Program-made: the position numbers and the translations under genes
The notes under the pieces: generated by a model
Databases searched by the model: none
What the model was told of the DNA's origin: nothing
Seen by the model: the letters and a program-made list of their open reading frames with translations, nothing else
Shown here: in pieces, positions 13,840 through 25,795 of the stretch
Position numbering within the stretch: position 1 is the stretch's first letter
Layout: every line of letters starts with the position of its first letter
Assembly (NCBI RefSeq): GCF_006345805.1
Contig: NC_043006.1
Location: 76,012,001-76,076,000, forward strand
DNA: 64,000 nucleotides
Direction: 5' to 3'
Origin: Octopus sinensis
Taxonomy: Eukaryota

Positions 13840-14235
13840 GTGGTTCCCGTGCCGGTGGCACGTAAAAAGCACTATTCGAGTGTGATCGTTTCCAGCGTCG
13901 CCTTACTGGCATATGTACCGGTGGCTCGTGAAAAACAACATTCGAGCGTGATCCTTGCCAGTGCCGCCGGACTGGCTCCCGTGCAGGTAGCACGTAAAAA
14001 TCACCTTTTGAGCATGGTCGTTGCCAGAACCGCCTGAGTGGCCAACGTGCCGGTGACACGTAAAAGCATTCGCTACACTCTCGGAGTGGTTGGCGTTAGG
14101 AAGAGCATCCAGCTGTAGAAACAGATGAGATTGGAAATTGGTGCAGCCTTCTGGCTCGCCAGTCTTTAGTCAAACCATGCGACCCATGCCAGCATGGAAA
14201 GCGGACGTTAAACCATGACGACGATGATGATGAAT
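13840..14235 (+). mobile_element. Non-autonomous retroposon with four ~66-bp internal units and a (GAT)n tail
   Basis: GTGCCGGTGGCACGTAAAA-like unit at ~13849, 13915, 13981 and 14048; then TGGTTGGCGTTAGGAAGAGCATCCAGCTGTAGAAAC and ...GGACGTTAAAC(CATGACGACGATGATGATG). Confidence 0.7.
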
Positions 14236-14257
14236 GCTGTACATGTGAAACTGCACA

Positions 14258-14560
14258 CCTTAGTGGTTAGTGCATCGGGCTCACAATTTTGAGGTAGTGA
14301 TTTCGATTCTCCGACTGGGCTATGTATTGAGTTTGTTTTACATTGCTCCAGTTTGCTCAGCTGTAGAAATGAGTTGTGATGTCACTGGTGCCAAGGTGTA
14401 TTAGCCTTTGCTTTTCTCTTGGACACCATCGGTAACGAGGAGAGAATGGTATGCCTGGGCGGCTGCTGGTCTTCCCAAAACAACCTTGCCCGGACTTGTG
14501 CCACGGAGGAGAGTTTTCTACATGGTACCCCACGGTCATTCGTGACGGAAGCGAGGTATC
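14258..14560 (+). mobile_element. tRNA-derived SINE (F3-related long form)
   Basis: TTAGTGGTTAGTGCATCGGGCTCAC...TTCGATTCTCC head; body homologous to 53335-53645. Confidence 0.75.
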
Positions 14561-14904
14561 TTTTTAAACTTTTTTACAACATATACGCATGCGCACACAC
14601 GCACCTGGATTAACTCAAATTATAATGAAATTCATTAAGCGGACCGGAAATTTTTTCTCCAACAACTCCTTTCCAGTCTGCTTAATGAATTTCATTATTA
14701 TTTGAGTAAATTCAGGTGCGTGTGTGCGCATGCGTATATGTTGTAAAAAGGTTTAAAAAGATACCCCGCTTCCGTCACGAATTACCATGGTGTACCATCT
14801 AGTAAATTCTCCTCCGTGGCACAAGTCCGGGCAAGGTTGTTTTGGGAAGACCAGCAGCCGCCCATGCATACCAATCTCCCCTCTCCTCGTTACCGATGGT
14901 GCCC
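14421..14904. repeat. Long inverted repeat, ~230-bp arms, ~19-nt loop
   Basis: 14421-14650 is the approximate reverse complement of 14670-14904. Confidence 0.9.
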
Positions 14905-15094
14905 ACACACTGCAAATATAAACTTTCTCCCTTTTCTTATTTTTCTCTACTTCTGTATGAACGATTTATTCTTTCCGCCTACAAACGTATCTCACACCTA
15001 ATTTTCCTATACATCGATTCAACTACCGACGAAGAGCACTATATTTAAGTCCTGAAAACAAAGGAGGAGCATATTCTGATGGTGGGTAGTAATT

Positions 15095-15364
15095 CTTTTA
15101 TTCTTTTATTTGTTTCAGTCATTTGACAGCGGCCATGCTGGAGCACCACCTTTAGCCGAACAAATCGACCCCACGACCTATTCTTTGTAAATCTATATTT
15201 ATTCTATCGGTCTATTTTACCGAACTGCTAAGTTACAGGGGCGTAAACACACCATCATCGGTTGTCAACCAATGGCAGGGGACAAATACACACACACACA
15301 CACACACAGAGACACACACACACACACACACACAACACACACACACATGCACACACACACACTC

Positions 15365-15395
<31 letters not shown>

Positions 15396-15500
15396 TTTCA
15401 AATTAAATAATAAGAGTAGAAATTGATATTAATAAATTAAAATCAGTGGCTTAGCATATTAAAAAATCCGAAGATTAAAAATTGACTAAAAAATGTTTAA

Positions 15501-15555
<55 letters not shown>

Positions 15556-15567
15556 ATATATACATAC

Positions 15568-15600
<33 letters not shown>

Positions 15601-15746
15601 ATATACGACGGGCTTCTTTCAGTTTCCGTCTACCAAATCCACTCATAAGGCTTTGTTCGACCCGAGGCTATAGTAGAATACACTTGCCCAAGGTGCCACG
15701 CAGATGGAATGATCCCAGAACCATGTGGTTAGAAAGCAAGCTTCTT
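15095..15746 (-). mobile_element. SINE F2 with long internal microsatellite, interrupted at 15746; head remnant continues at 16878-16910
   Basis: F2 tail, microsatellite and body end at ...GAAAGCAAGCTTCTT; continuation AGCTTCTTATCACACAGCCACGCCTGCGCC at 16878. Confidence 0.85.
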
Positions 15747-16877
15747 TTATTCATTTAGCTGGACATAGGCCTTACAAAGAAAGGCAGCTGCAGGCTGGAG
15801 ACACGCATAATGATATTAATGACAAATTAAATGGTGAAAAATGAGGGCAACAAGCAACGCCCGTCGATTGCTGTTTACCCGAATACATTGCTCTTTTTAT
15901 GTTTCCTAATTGAGGCAATAAACCTCTTACACAGTTCAAAAAACACATTTATGAGGCAATTAACCTTTTCCATTTTTATAATACAAAAACCATTTATGAG
16001 GCAATAAACCTCTTACACAATTCAATAAAATACAATAAAAATACAATAAAAGTGAGGCACCACGCCTCTTACTTTTATTATCAGTTAGAAGCTTTCCTGT
16101 CTAACTAGGCTCCTCGCTTCTTTGAAGCACCTAGACGGTGTCAAACCGGACCACTTTCACATGAATCTAAAAGAGTCCTCTGGGAAGGGATTCATTATCC
16201 CATATGACCTCCGCGGCCACCTGCGAAGGCCACTCAGGGTCCTCCGTGCAGGACAGAATCTCCTCACATCGGCCTTTCCTTTCAAACTTCTTGACAAAGT
16301 TTTCTAATATCCCTCCCTTATGGAAGGGGATCAGAAATTCCTCCTCCACAGAATGGGAGGAATCCACTTTTTCCACCTTCGGTGGCAAAACGCCCACCGA
16401 TGGTGGTTCGGGACACGCCGGCAGTGTGTCACAAACCGCCTGCAATGTCCCGTTTTTCTTTTTTTCTTCTTTTTCTTTTGAACCACGGGAGGGTGGATTT
16501 CCTCCACTTTGTCCAGCAGATCCTCCCTCCCTCCAGCAGCCTCCGGCTCCTTCTGCGGGCAACCATTGTTGCACACCTTTTGTTTCTTTCCTTTTTTCGT
16601 CCCACTCTTTCTCCACTGAGGGAGCAGGGAGCGGTATTTTGATTAACTCCTCCAGGACCTTATTTTGGTTTTTCGGGCAGTTGTTTTTGATATGGCTCAG
16701 TTCGAGACATATGTGACACTTGGGGATGGGGGCGTCCCTCAAGTACCACCTGATAACTAGACCCGGGTATTCTTTAAAAAATCTGGACAAACTAGATTTT
16801 CGGCTAATTGGGTCCATATGGTCAAAACAGCTTTTGACCCCTCCCAATCAGCTGCAGGCAGAATATTCACATAGAGT
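15747..16877 (-). mobile_element. Internally deleted, 5'-truncated Tx1/L1-like element (ORF1 zinc-knuckle fragment plus 3' end)
   Basis: 8-bp duplication AGCTTCTT at 15739-15746 and 16878-16885; ORF with CHICLELSHIKNNC (CX2CX4HX4C); 3' end ...CTAAATGAATAAA resembles the 3' end of the 54.6-kb LINE. Confidence 0.7.
16167..16847 (-). CDS. Gag-like ORF1 fragment with CCHC zinc knuckle (226 aa; the ATG is probably not the native start)
   Basis: ORF track; motif CHICLELSHIKNNC. Confidence 0.6.
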   Translation of the reverse strand: MGGVKSCFDHMDPISRKSSLSRFFKEYPGLVIRWYLRDAPIPKCHICLELSHIKNNCPKNQNKVLEELIKIPLPAPSVEKEWDEKRKETKGVQQWLPAEGAGGCWREGGSAGQSGGNPPSRGSKEKEEKKKNGTLQAVCDTLPACPEPPSVGVLPPKVEKVDSSHSVEEEFLIPFHKGGILENFVKKFERKGRCEEILSCTEDPEWPSQVAAEVIWDNESLPRGLF

Positions 16878-17121
16878 AGCTTCTTATCACACAGCCACGC
16901 CTGCGCCTATGAGAAAGGTGAAACTTAGAAATCAATGTCAATCTTTTCCTAACAAAAATGAATGTTTACGCATACAGCATATATTAGCATACACCATATA
17001 TTAGCACATAGAAAGTACGCGCGCGCAAGCTATCTCTCTCTCACACACACACACACTAACACTGACTCATTTATATCGGTTATATAAGAAAATCATATAT
17101 AGCCTACTTAAAAGTCTTGGA

Positions 17122-17288
17122 AGCAGGCGTGTCTTTGTGGTAAGAAACTTTCTTCCCAATCAAATGGTTCCAGTTTCAGTCCCATTACTTGGAACCTTGG
17201 TCAAATGTCTTCTACTATAGCCTCAGGCCAACCAAAGTCTTGTGATTAAGATTTGGTTGACAGAGCTGAAACCAACCGTCGTATATGC

Positions 17289-17348
<60 letters not shown>

Positions 17349-17560
17349 TTGTGTGTGTGTGTGTGTTTGTTTGTGCGTGTGTGTGTTTGTATGTATGTGT
17401 TTTTGCGTGTATTTCCGTCCCCGTAGCATATCGGTTCGGCAAAAGGACAGATAAAATAAATACCAGGATTAACAAAAATAGTATGTTTTTTGGGGGCTGA
17501 GTGAGGTGTTCTTTCAACTAAAATGGCCACAGTCTAATGACTGAACCAAGTAAAGGCCAA
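17122..17560 (+). mobile_element. SINE F2 with internal (TA)n(TG)n
   Basis: GCAGGCGTGTCTTTGTGGTAAGAAACTT head; tail TAAAATGGCCACAGTCTAATGACTGAACC. Confidence 0.8.
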
Positions 17561-18258
17561 AACAATGCAAAGTAAACGCAAGGTAAATATCAAGAAAACA
17601 AATATGTGAATTAATCTAGATTTACCTTGTGTTCAATATTTCGGGGGTTATGATCCCATTTTTAAGAAACTGACGAATGTTGCCGATGCGCGTGTGGTAC
17701 ACATGCACATCGGCAACATTCGTCACTTTCTTTTATACAGTATATTCTACACAATGCTTCATAGCAATTGTTGTGCAGCTTCAGACGCCTAACCTCATTT
17801 TCTTTGGATAACCGCTGTGTCACAAAAAACGTCGTTTATAGGTGTACAGTATCAACTGCTAACTGTAACTACATATATATATTCGCTCATGTAGCACCAC
17901 TTTCAAATCTAGAGTGAACAACCACTCCTCCAGTTTCAAGTCCCAAACTAAATCCAGCAGAAAATCATTATCTCAGTTTATCAATAAACTAAAGATTGAT
18001 TCAACTCCTTACACTTTCAAGTGGTCCATAGTCACCCACAGCAAACCATAGAGCAGCTATATTAACAGGTGTGATTTCTGCATAGCCGAAGTCTTAGCTA
18101 TTTTCAATGCACAGATTGTCTTAATTAAGGCAACAGTATAATTTTTACCTGCAAACGTCGATTACTAAATCTTTTCTCAAAATACAAATAACAACATCCC
18201 CACCCCGCCTTTTCCCCCTAACCTTCATAAATTCTCCATGTCATCACCCCTCACTACC

Positions 18259-18491
18259 TATTTCTTTATTACCCACAAGGGGCTAAACACAGAGGGGATA
18301 AACAAGGACAGACATAGGTATTATGTCGATTACATCGACCCCAGTGCGTAACTGGTACTTAATTTATCGACCCCGAAAGGATGAAAGGCAAAGTCGACCT
18401 CGGCGGAATTTGAACTCAGAACGTAAAGACAGACGAAATACCGCTAAGCATTTCGCCCGGCGTGCTAACGTTTCTGCCAGCTCGCCGCCTT
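18259..18491 (-). mobile_element. Full-length SINE F1a with 16-bp target-site duplication
   Basis: ATCACCCCTCACTACC at 18243-18258 and 18492-18507. Confidence 0.92.
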
Positions 18492-20869
18492 ATCACCCCT
18501 CACTACCACTATATAACCTACAATATATTTTCCCTTTAATTCCTTTTTCTCATTTACATACTTCTTTGTATTTTCTTCACTGTTTAAAATTCCTTTCTCT
18601 CATTTCACCTATCTTCTCCTCCTACCCCTCCCTACGCCAACATACACCTTTACTACTTCATACGGTAAACATGCTCATCGCACACAAACATTCTTCAAAT
18701 CTAAACCAGTAGTAGCCGCCACGATTCTTTCCCATCTCTCTTGCTTTCTTCTTGCATAAAAAATTTTTCTCCCCCTTGACCACATATATCTCCCTACCTT
18801 CTTCCTTCTACATTATTTTTATTTTATTGTTTTTTTTAATACCACTCCCCTTGCTGATTTCTACGATTCGGCCAAAACAGCCCTATTGAAAACTGCCGGT
18901 CAAATGCCCGTACTTAAACATACAATCTTTTATTGAGACTCGTACACACAGGAGTGCATTGTTGAAAATGGCATTCTTTCTTTAAGGATTAACGGATTTA
19001 TTGCAATCTGCTACGAATTCAACCTCGCTTGAATAATGCGAAAATCTATTACATCATCAAAAATTGAAATGAAAAAGTAAATGAAACCTTAAAAGTATAT
19101 GGCTAGGATTATAAAAGATTACCGACTTATCGTTTCGATTTATAGCTGTATATGTAAAAAAAAAAAATTAAACAGGAGAGGTTCAGTAAAGTTATGAGAT
19201 ACTCTTAGCTTCTGAAAATATCGCAGATGTTCATAGTATATATTGATATATTATTTTTTAAATAACTTATTAAACTGAATATAACTCGTGAATAGTATAG
19301 ATAAAAAGATATATAACTCCATCATGGTATTTAGAACAAGATATTACTATATCCACTTTCCACATTTATTATCAACCCGACATCTAATAACTGGATCAGA
19401 AATAATTATTTTTCATTCCAAATAGTTATAGGAATGGATCTGATAGGCAAGCTTCTGCGAGCAATTGAGAGGACAATATATATATGAATCGGAAAATATT
19501 TGCTCTTGCAATTTTTATATACAATATAAAACAAAATATATTGGCCAATATATACAGAGTCTCTGTATCTAATGTCGAATCAAACGTAGCTGTTTTCTGT
19601 CACACAGAATAAATACCATGCGCTTAATACCGAAAAAATTATTTCCTTTGTCAAAAGTATTTATGGGTACGATTTATGAAGCATACACACACTCACACAC
19701 ACACGCCCGCTTACACACACATATACGCATAAAAACACACACACACATATATATTTATACACACACATATATATATATATATATATACGTGTGTATATAT
19801 ACACAGATATATACTTATATGTGCATATGAATACACACACATACGTACTCACATCCACACAAACGCCCACACATATATAAGACAAAAAGTGAAAACAAAA
19901 CCCAGTAGTCAACCTCAAGGAAGGAATTCTATTTAGAATTATGACAGCTGGCATATGACATCTATTTATTCGAATTCCATATTCTCAGTCATCAGACTGA
20001 AATCGAAGGGTGCTTATCGTGATCCATTTTTCAGAATATATATTGGTAAATGTGGAAATTTTATGATTAGAAACAAACATAAATGTGGAAAAGAAAAGGG
20101 GCAAATAGTGAAAACCTTGCCTTTTTCTAGTAGTTGCCATGGCATGTAATGTGTGAGGCTAAGCTGATTTCTATTCGTGGGATGTTTAACCTCTGGAATT
20201 AAATTGAAGGCCAATGGCTTATTGTAATGTTGCAAGTTGTATGATCAAGTTTATAATTTCTCTGTCCATACACGTTTCGGGAGAGTTTCAAACGGGAGTT
20301 TATTCTTGTTTACGTCGGATGTACGATGTCGATTAACTGTTGATGAGAGATACATTCTGTGAGAAATAATGGATCAAAACTAAGACAATTTTTAAAAATT
20401 ATATTACTTTGTCTATTGGGTTATATGGTAAAAACATATATGCGTGTATATATGCAAAATTATAGGTCTTCCAAAGAATTTAGTGGGTTGTTAGAATGGT
20501 CTGCGTTGACTGCGTCGACACACATAGCTTCATATGAGAATTTATGGGAGACTTTAATCAGTTCAAAGGCTATGCTGTTTGATGCATAGTTCTGGGAATT
20601 TGTGATTCCACTGAAAGTGAAGAAGTTGCCACATAACTTGCATCTTTTTTTGTGGTCTGTAAAGTAAAACTGAATACATTAAAAAAAGAAAAGAACGAAA
20701 TAGTCATCGGGGACTGCTGTAAAACATTGTTGTTGGGAATCCATGCTATTCTGATAAATTTTAGCCGCAGGTTAAACTTCTATATGTTTCAGCAGCGTCT
20801 ATTCATTATCTTAAGTTTTAGAAAGAAATTTATGATGAAAAAATAAAAAATTGTGTATGAGATACATTA

Positions 20870-21095
20870 TTCCTAACAATAGAAACTTTTTTAAAACGTA
20901 TTTCTGAAACTATTGAACCAGTCAAACTAGAAATAACTTTTTCCCATTGATCTTATAATTAATTTAATTTCAGAACGATTCATCTCTGAAGTGTTGAGTT
21001 GGCTATACTTTTATAAATTGCTGAAATAATTTTCAAAATTAACATAACGATATCTATTTAGAGGCTAGAAATATTGAAGTTTTGTGAAACGCCAA
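20870..21095 (+). repeat. Dispersed AT-rich repeat; second copy at ~28117-28330
   Basis: ctaacaatagaaact...ctagaaataact...ccattgatcttataat...gattcatct shared by both loci. Confidence 0.7.
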
Positions 21096-21519
21096 CCATA
21101 CATACATACATACATAACTTGTCACATGTCTTTTAATATATAAATACACAGACACACAGACACACTCTCTCTCTCTCACACACACACACATACACACACA
21201 AACACACACACATATGGCAAATGAAAGACAGAAGATGGAATATACGAGAATTTATTATTAATCACGACAATTGTTTCGATACATCTATCATCGATCCCTC
21301 ATGAATGGGATATTCAACATCGGGTGATAAATAAAGACAACTCGTTAAAATAACAGTTCCGCAATGTAACTTCTCGTTTTGTAGAAAGAAAAGCAACAAG
21401 ACGGAGGAAATATCTTCATATATGTAGATCAAAATTAAAATCACAGATGGCAAAAAGAGAAATGAAAACGCAATCCAGCGAGAAAAGTATTAAAAATAAC
21501 CGTTAACAAACAACCGTTG

Positions 21520-21865
21520 ACAAAGTTGCATGGCGCGAGTACACTCGCTCATACAAGTATCCGCAAAAATCTGAGCATACGCTGATGTGAGGTTTGGTGC
21601 ACTCATGATCACAAAGCGAGTTAACTATCTTCTTGGTGTTTGTAAGAATGGGGAGGTTAAAAGTAAACTTACAGCATAACTTGGTCCATAGTAAGGTACG
21701 CCAAACTATACAATAAAATTTCCAGGAGATGCCGTCTCTGCTATGAGGAATCCCTGTCTATTCTGTGGACTAACGAGGTCATTAATAGAATTTCTGAACG
21801 ACTCTCGAGATGCCTACACACATATAAAAGTACTTTCGTACAGTGCAGTGAGAATGAATTTTGAG
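21520..21865 (+). pseudogene. Penelope-like element GIY-YIG endonuclease C-terminal fragment
   Basis: Hand translation from 21673: SITWSIVRYAKLYNKISRRCRLCYEESLSILWTNEVINRISERLSRCLHTYK, matching the PLE motif W-S-I...YN...RCxLCxxEK...NxRxExxSxCxH; upstream WREYTRSYKYPQKSEHT. Confidence 0.8.
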
Positions 21866-21884
21866 TAACAGTTAACATAATCTA

Positions 21885-22690
21885 CTTTATTTTAAGGGAT
21901 GGATGACTTAAGTTTACTTTTAACCTCCCATTCTTATAAACACCAAGTAGATAGTTAAACTTAGGAAAACATTTATGACTTTCTCCCAAAGAATGGGCTT
22001 ACGGATAACGATAGAAAGTAACCTTAATAATGTAGATCTTTTTGGATATTAACTTTGCAATTAGATAAATTTAAACCCTACTGCAAGCCTGATGAAAAGC
22101 TCTTTTATATTAACAAAGAGTCAAATCATCCACCCGTAATTCTTAATAATCTAGTTTCTAATATAGGAAGGCTCATATCATCCATATCTTCAGACTAAAC
22201 AGCATTTCAAAATACCGCGCCGTATTATAATAATGCATTAAGAACAGTGTATTCTCGGAGGAGATCAAATATAATCAACCTACTTCTAGCAATGTTAGAA
22301 CACGTAGAACTAGAACTAGGTAAGTTTTTGCTGTTTAATCCGGCATTTAATTTTGCGGTAAAAACACATATATGTAGGGAATTCTTAAAACTAGTTTCTA
22401 AACATTTTTGAACTAGCCATAAGTTCTATATGATTTTTAATACGGGAACGTTGAAGGTTAACTATTCTCGTGCAAAAACGTAGCCTCTTTATCAGCATAA
22501 TATGCAAATCATTACAAAAAAAAAGACCACAGTGCCAAATTTAACCAAAAGAATTGAAATTTCAAAGATCAGACTTGCGGTCCGTTAGGAGGAAAATGTC
22601 TTGAGAGAGAATAGTTTATAGAGCTACAGTACATATAGATGACTCTCAAGAACATAAAACATACACAGTAGCTATTGAAATTCTTTCTAT
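21885..22690 (+). pseudogene. Penelope-like element RT C-terminus, linker and start of GIY-YIG (frameshifted)
   Basis: Hand translation: MDDL..., GLxITIESNLNNV-FLDINF, KPYCKPDEKLFYINKESNHPPVILNNL...ISSISSD*TAFQNTAPYYNNAL, FNPAFNFAVKTHICREFLKLVSKHF, CGPLGGKCLE. Confidence 0.82.
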
Positions 22691-22863
22691 ATGATTTAAT
22701 ATAGATAATATCTATCACTATCAATTGAATTACTTAATGGAGGTTTTTCTCTTCATTACATACATATATTACTTATTGTGAAATTTAATTTGCTAAATCG
22801 AATTTTTCCCTGTAAGTTTGGAATTTTATATTCCTTACTATTATTAATAATATTATTAATATG

Positions 22864-22925
<62 letters not shown>

Positions 22926-24447
22926 GAGAGAAAGATAGCTAGATAGATAGATAGAGAGAGAGAGAGAGAGCGAGAGAGTGAGGCAGACTAGATAGAGCTG
23001 GATGAAAGATAGAATGAAACTGTTAAAGTGATTTGAATTGATCCTAATACTTGACAAGTATGATTTTAAATAAAAAAACATAACGATGAAATGCACAGCT
23101 GACGCAACAGAGAACAGAGAGTCTCAATGAATAACCCAAGGTCTTTAATCTGAGAATCCCAATTGTTTCAGAATTTATTACTCTCGATTCAACAACCCCT
23201 CTTGCACAAAGTAAGTCTGTTACAGACGCAGATCACTGTTATATTTTCCTACTGGAATATACTAAAGTTCAATTCAAGCTGTTGTTACATTAGTTCATGC
23301 ATTGACATTAATAATGCCTTTTTTCTAGCTGTAAATTATTCCTTTATAGTTTTTTTCCCCTAGAGCTCCACTTATGGATTTGGCTTTTTAAACTCTAGTG
23401 GTATTTTTTGGCTATTATTCTCATTGTTGTCGGATCATAAATTTTAATTATAGCTATCCTTTTACTTTGAAAGAACGATTAATTTCTATCATATGTATTT
23501 CCGTATATTTTTACCTCTTTGTGCGGTTCTACAAATGAAAATGCCAGTACCTATATATCTTGCCAATTGTGTTTTTCAATGGGGTGACAATCTAGAGGTC
23601 AAGGTTGACAAGTTGGATCATTTAGATAAATGATATAATTCGTGCTTTGGAAATGTAAGTAAAAAAAGAAAAAATGAAAAAAGTAAGTTATACAGGACGC
23701 AACACAAAGACATTATTCTTTATGTCAAACTGCTTTATAAAAGATATTAACCATACTCATGCTGAAAGAGGGTTGTCACTAGAAGCTGAAAAATATCTCC
23801 CTAGTGATGAATAATTTACCATTTTCAAATTCACTTGTGTTTCTTTCGGCAGTTGCTTCATGTCCTTATGAATGATACCATTCATTAGATTTCTGCTTTG
23901 GATAAACGTAGTTTTTTGGAATTTGTTGCTTTTAAAAATATTTTGTTTTGAAACCATTTTTAAATATGTGATAATATCCTGTACACACTTATTGGAGAAT
24001 GTTTAGTAAGATAACTCTCAACAGATTTTTCTATATTTGACCATAAACATATATTTATGTTTGCACTCATTACCGTCCACTTCGGTAAGCTTCAGCCTTC
24101 TTTTCTCCCCATTGTAGATCTTCAGTTATTTTTATTGTGCGCTAAGTCTTGTGCAGTTGTTCATATTAGAGCCAGGGTATTTTTCCAGTAGATGTGTATT
24201 AATTACAATAAGGGGGCCATAATGTTCTTAAGCCTGTCACTCATGATTTTCAATCTTAGCTCTATTACAGACAAGAGTCATCGTACAGGACCCTCCTGCT
24301 ACAGTCTTATAGAATACATGATGAATTCCGAAGGGACTATAACCTGCGTAGGCATCATCTAATTCTTAGGAAAGTTCGTCGAGTGTTGCAATAGGTATAA
24401 CATTTGAAACTGCTCTATTGCTAATAGAGTGGACTACTATGAAAGTG

Positions 24448-24482
<35 letters not shown>

Positions 24483-24487
<5 letters not shown>

Positions 24488-25178
24488 ATAGTAAAAAGTG
24501 AAAAAACTACAGAAGGCTTAAAGGTTAAAAAATATATATATTTGCGTCAATATGTCTGAAGAATATTAAAATTTTTTTTTCCTTACAATGACATAGTTTA
24601 GAAGAAAGACCGGTTTCGCGTTTAGCTTTTCAAATTTCTTACGACGTTATGTTTATGTTGAATAGAGTTATCGTTATGTTTATGTTTAAAAGAGTTCTAA
24701 ATAAGGGGAGGTAATGAGTAATTTCATCCGATGTAAGGCAACTACTACCACAATTTTTAATCTTTGCCTTTTACCAATGTGCTATCGGATAATCAATACA
24801 AATTAGACTGAACAAGGAAACATTCTTCATTGAAAAGTACAAGCCCAGACTTAACCATGCCAACATACTGATACAGAGAAATTCACACCAAGGGAAAGGA
24901 AAAAAAATTAAGCGATTATCTCCCTTACACCGGAAGAAATCACTCATTACCTCCCTTTATTTAGAACTCTTTTAAACATAAACATAACGATAACTCTATT
25001 CAACATAAACATAACGTCGTAAGAAATTTGAAAAGCTAAACGCGAAACCGGTCTTTCTTCTAAACTATGTCATTGTAAGGAAAACATTTTTTTAATATTC
25101 TTCAGACATATTGACGCAAATATATATATTTTTTAACCTTTAAGTCTTCTGTAGTTTTTTCGCTTTTTACTATTTTCT
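24483..25178. mobile_element. Foldback/MITE-like element with ~255-bp inverted arms and ~185-bp spacer
   Basis: 24483-24738 is a near-perfect reverse complement of 24923-25178. Confidence 0.85.
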
Positions 25179-25215
25179 ATATATTCAACCACGTGCTTTC
25201 ACAAACCAACTTTCT

Positions 25216-25282
<67 letters not shown>

Positions 25283-25412
25283 GGTGTGTGTGTGTGCGTA
25301 CACATAGCACATATAATTTCCCAAACATCCTCTACACTGCATCATATAAGCGTCAAGCCAATGGATATTCCTAGCAGCCTCCTGTGTTTCGTAATATATA
25401 TATTGGTTTAAA

Positions 25413-25795
25413 TGCGGTGAGCTGGCAGAATCGTTAGCACACCGGGCGAAAGGCTTAGCGGTATTTCGTCTGCAGTTACGTTCTAAGTTCAAATTCCACC
25501 GAGGTCGACTTTGCCTTTCATCCTTTCGGGGTGGATTAAATAAGTACCAGTTACGCACTGGGGTCGATATAATCGACTTAATCCGTTTGTCTGTCCTTGT
25601 TTTTCCTCTCTGTGTGTAGCCTCTTGTGGGTAGGAAAGAAATAGGTATTTCGTCTGTGTTTACGTTCTCAGTCCAAATTCCGCCGCCGAGGGCGATTTTG
25701 CCTTTCATCCTTTCGAGGACGATAAATTAAGTACCAGTTGTGTACTGAGGTTAATCTAATCGACTGGCCTTGTGCCTAGAGAAGGAAAGAATATA
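25413..25795 (+). mobile_element. Composite SINE F1a plus headless F1b
   Basis: Head and tail a joined at GAAATA|GGTATTTCGTC to a second F1 body ending GCCTTGTGCCTAGAGAAGGAAAGAAT. Confidence 0.85.

Noticed and set aside
13849-14070. CRISPR-like periodic palindromic repeat
   Set aside because: Spacers are homologous to one another, there are no cas genes, and the context is a eukaryotic retroposon
22240-22326. Strong splice donor CTAG|GTAAGT suggesting a host exon
   Set aside because: Lies within the Penelope-like coding fossil and is explained by it
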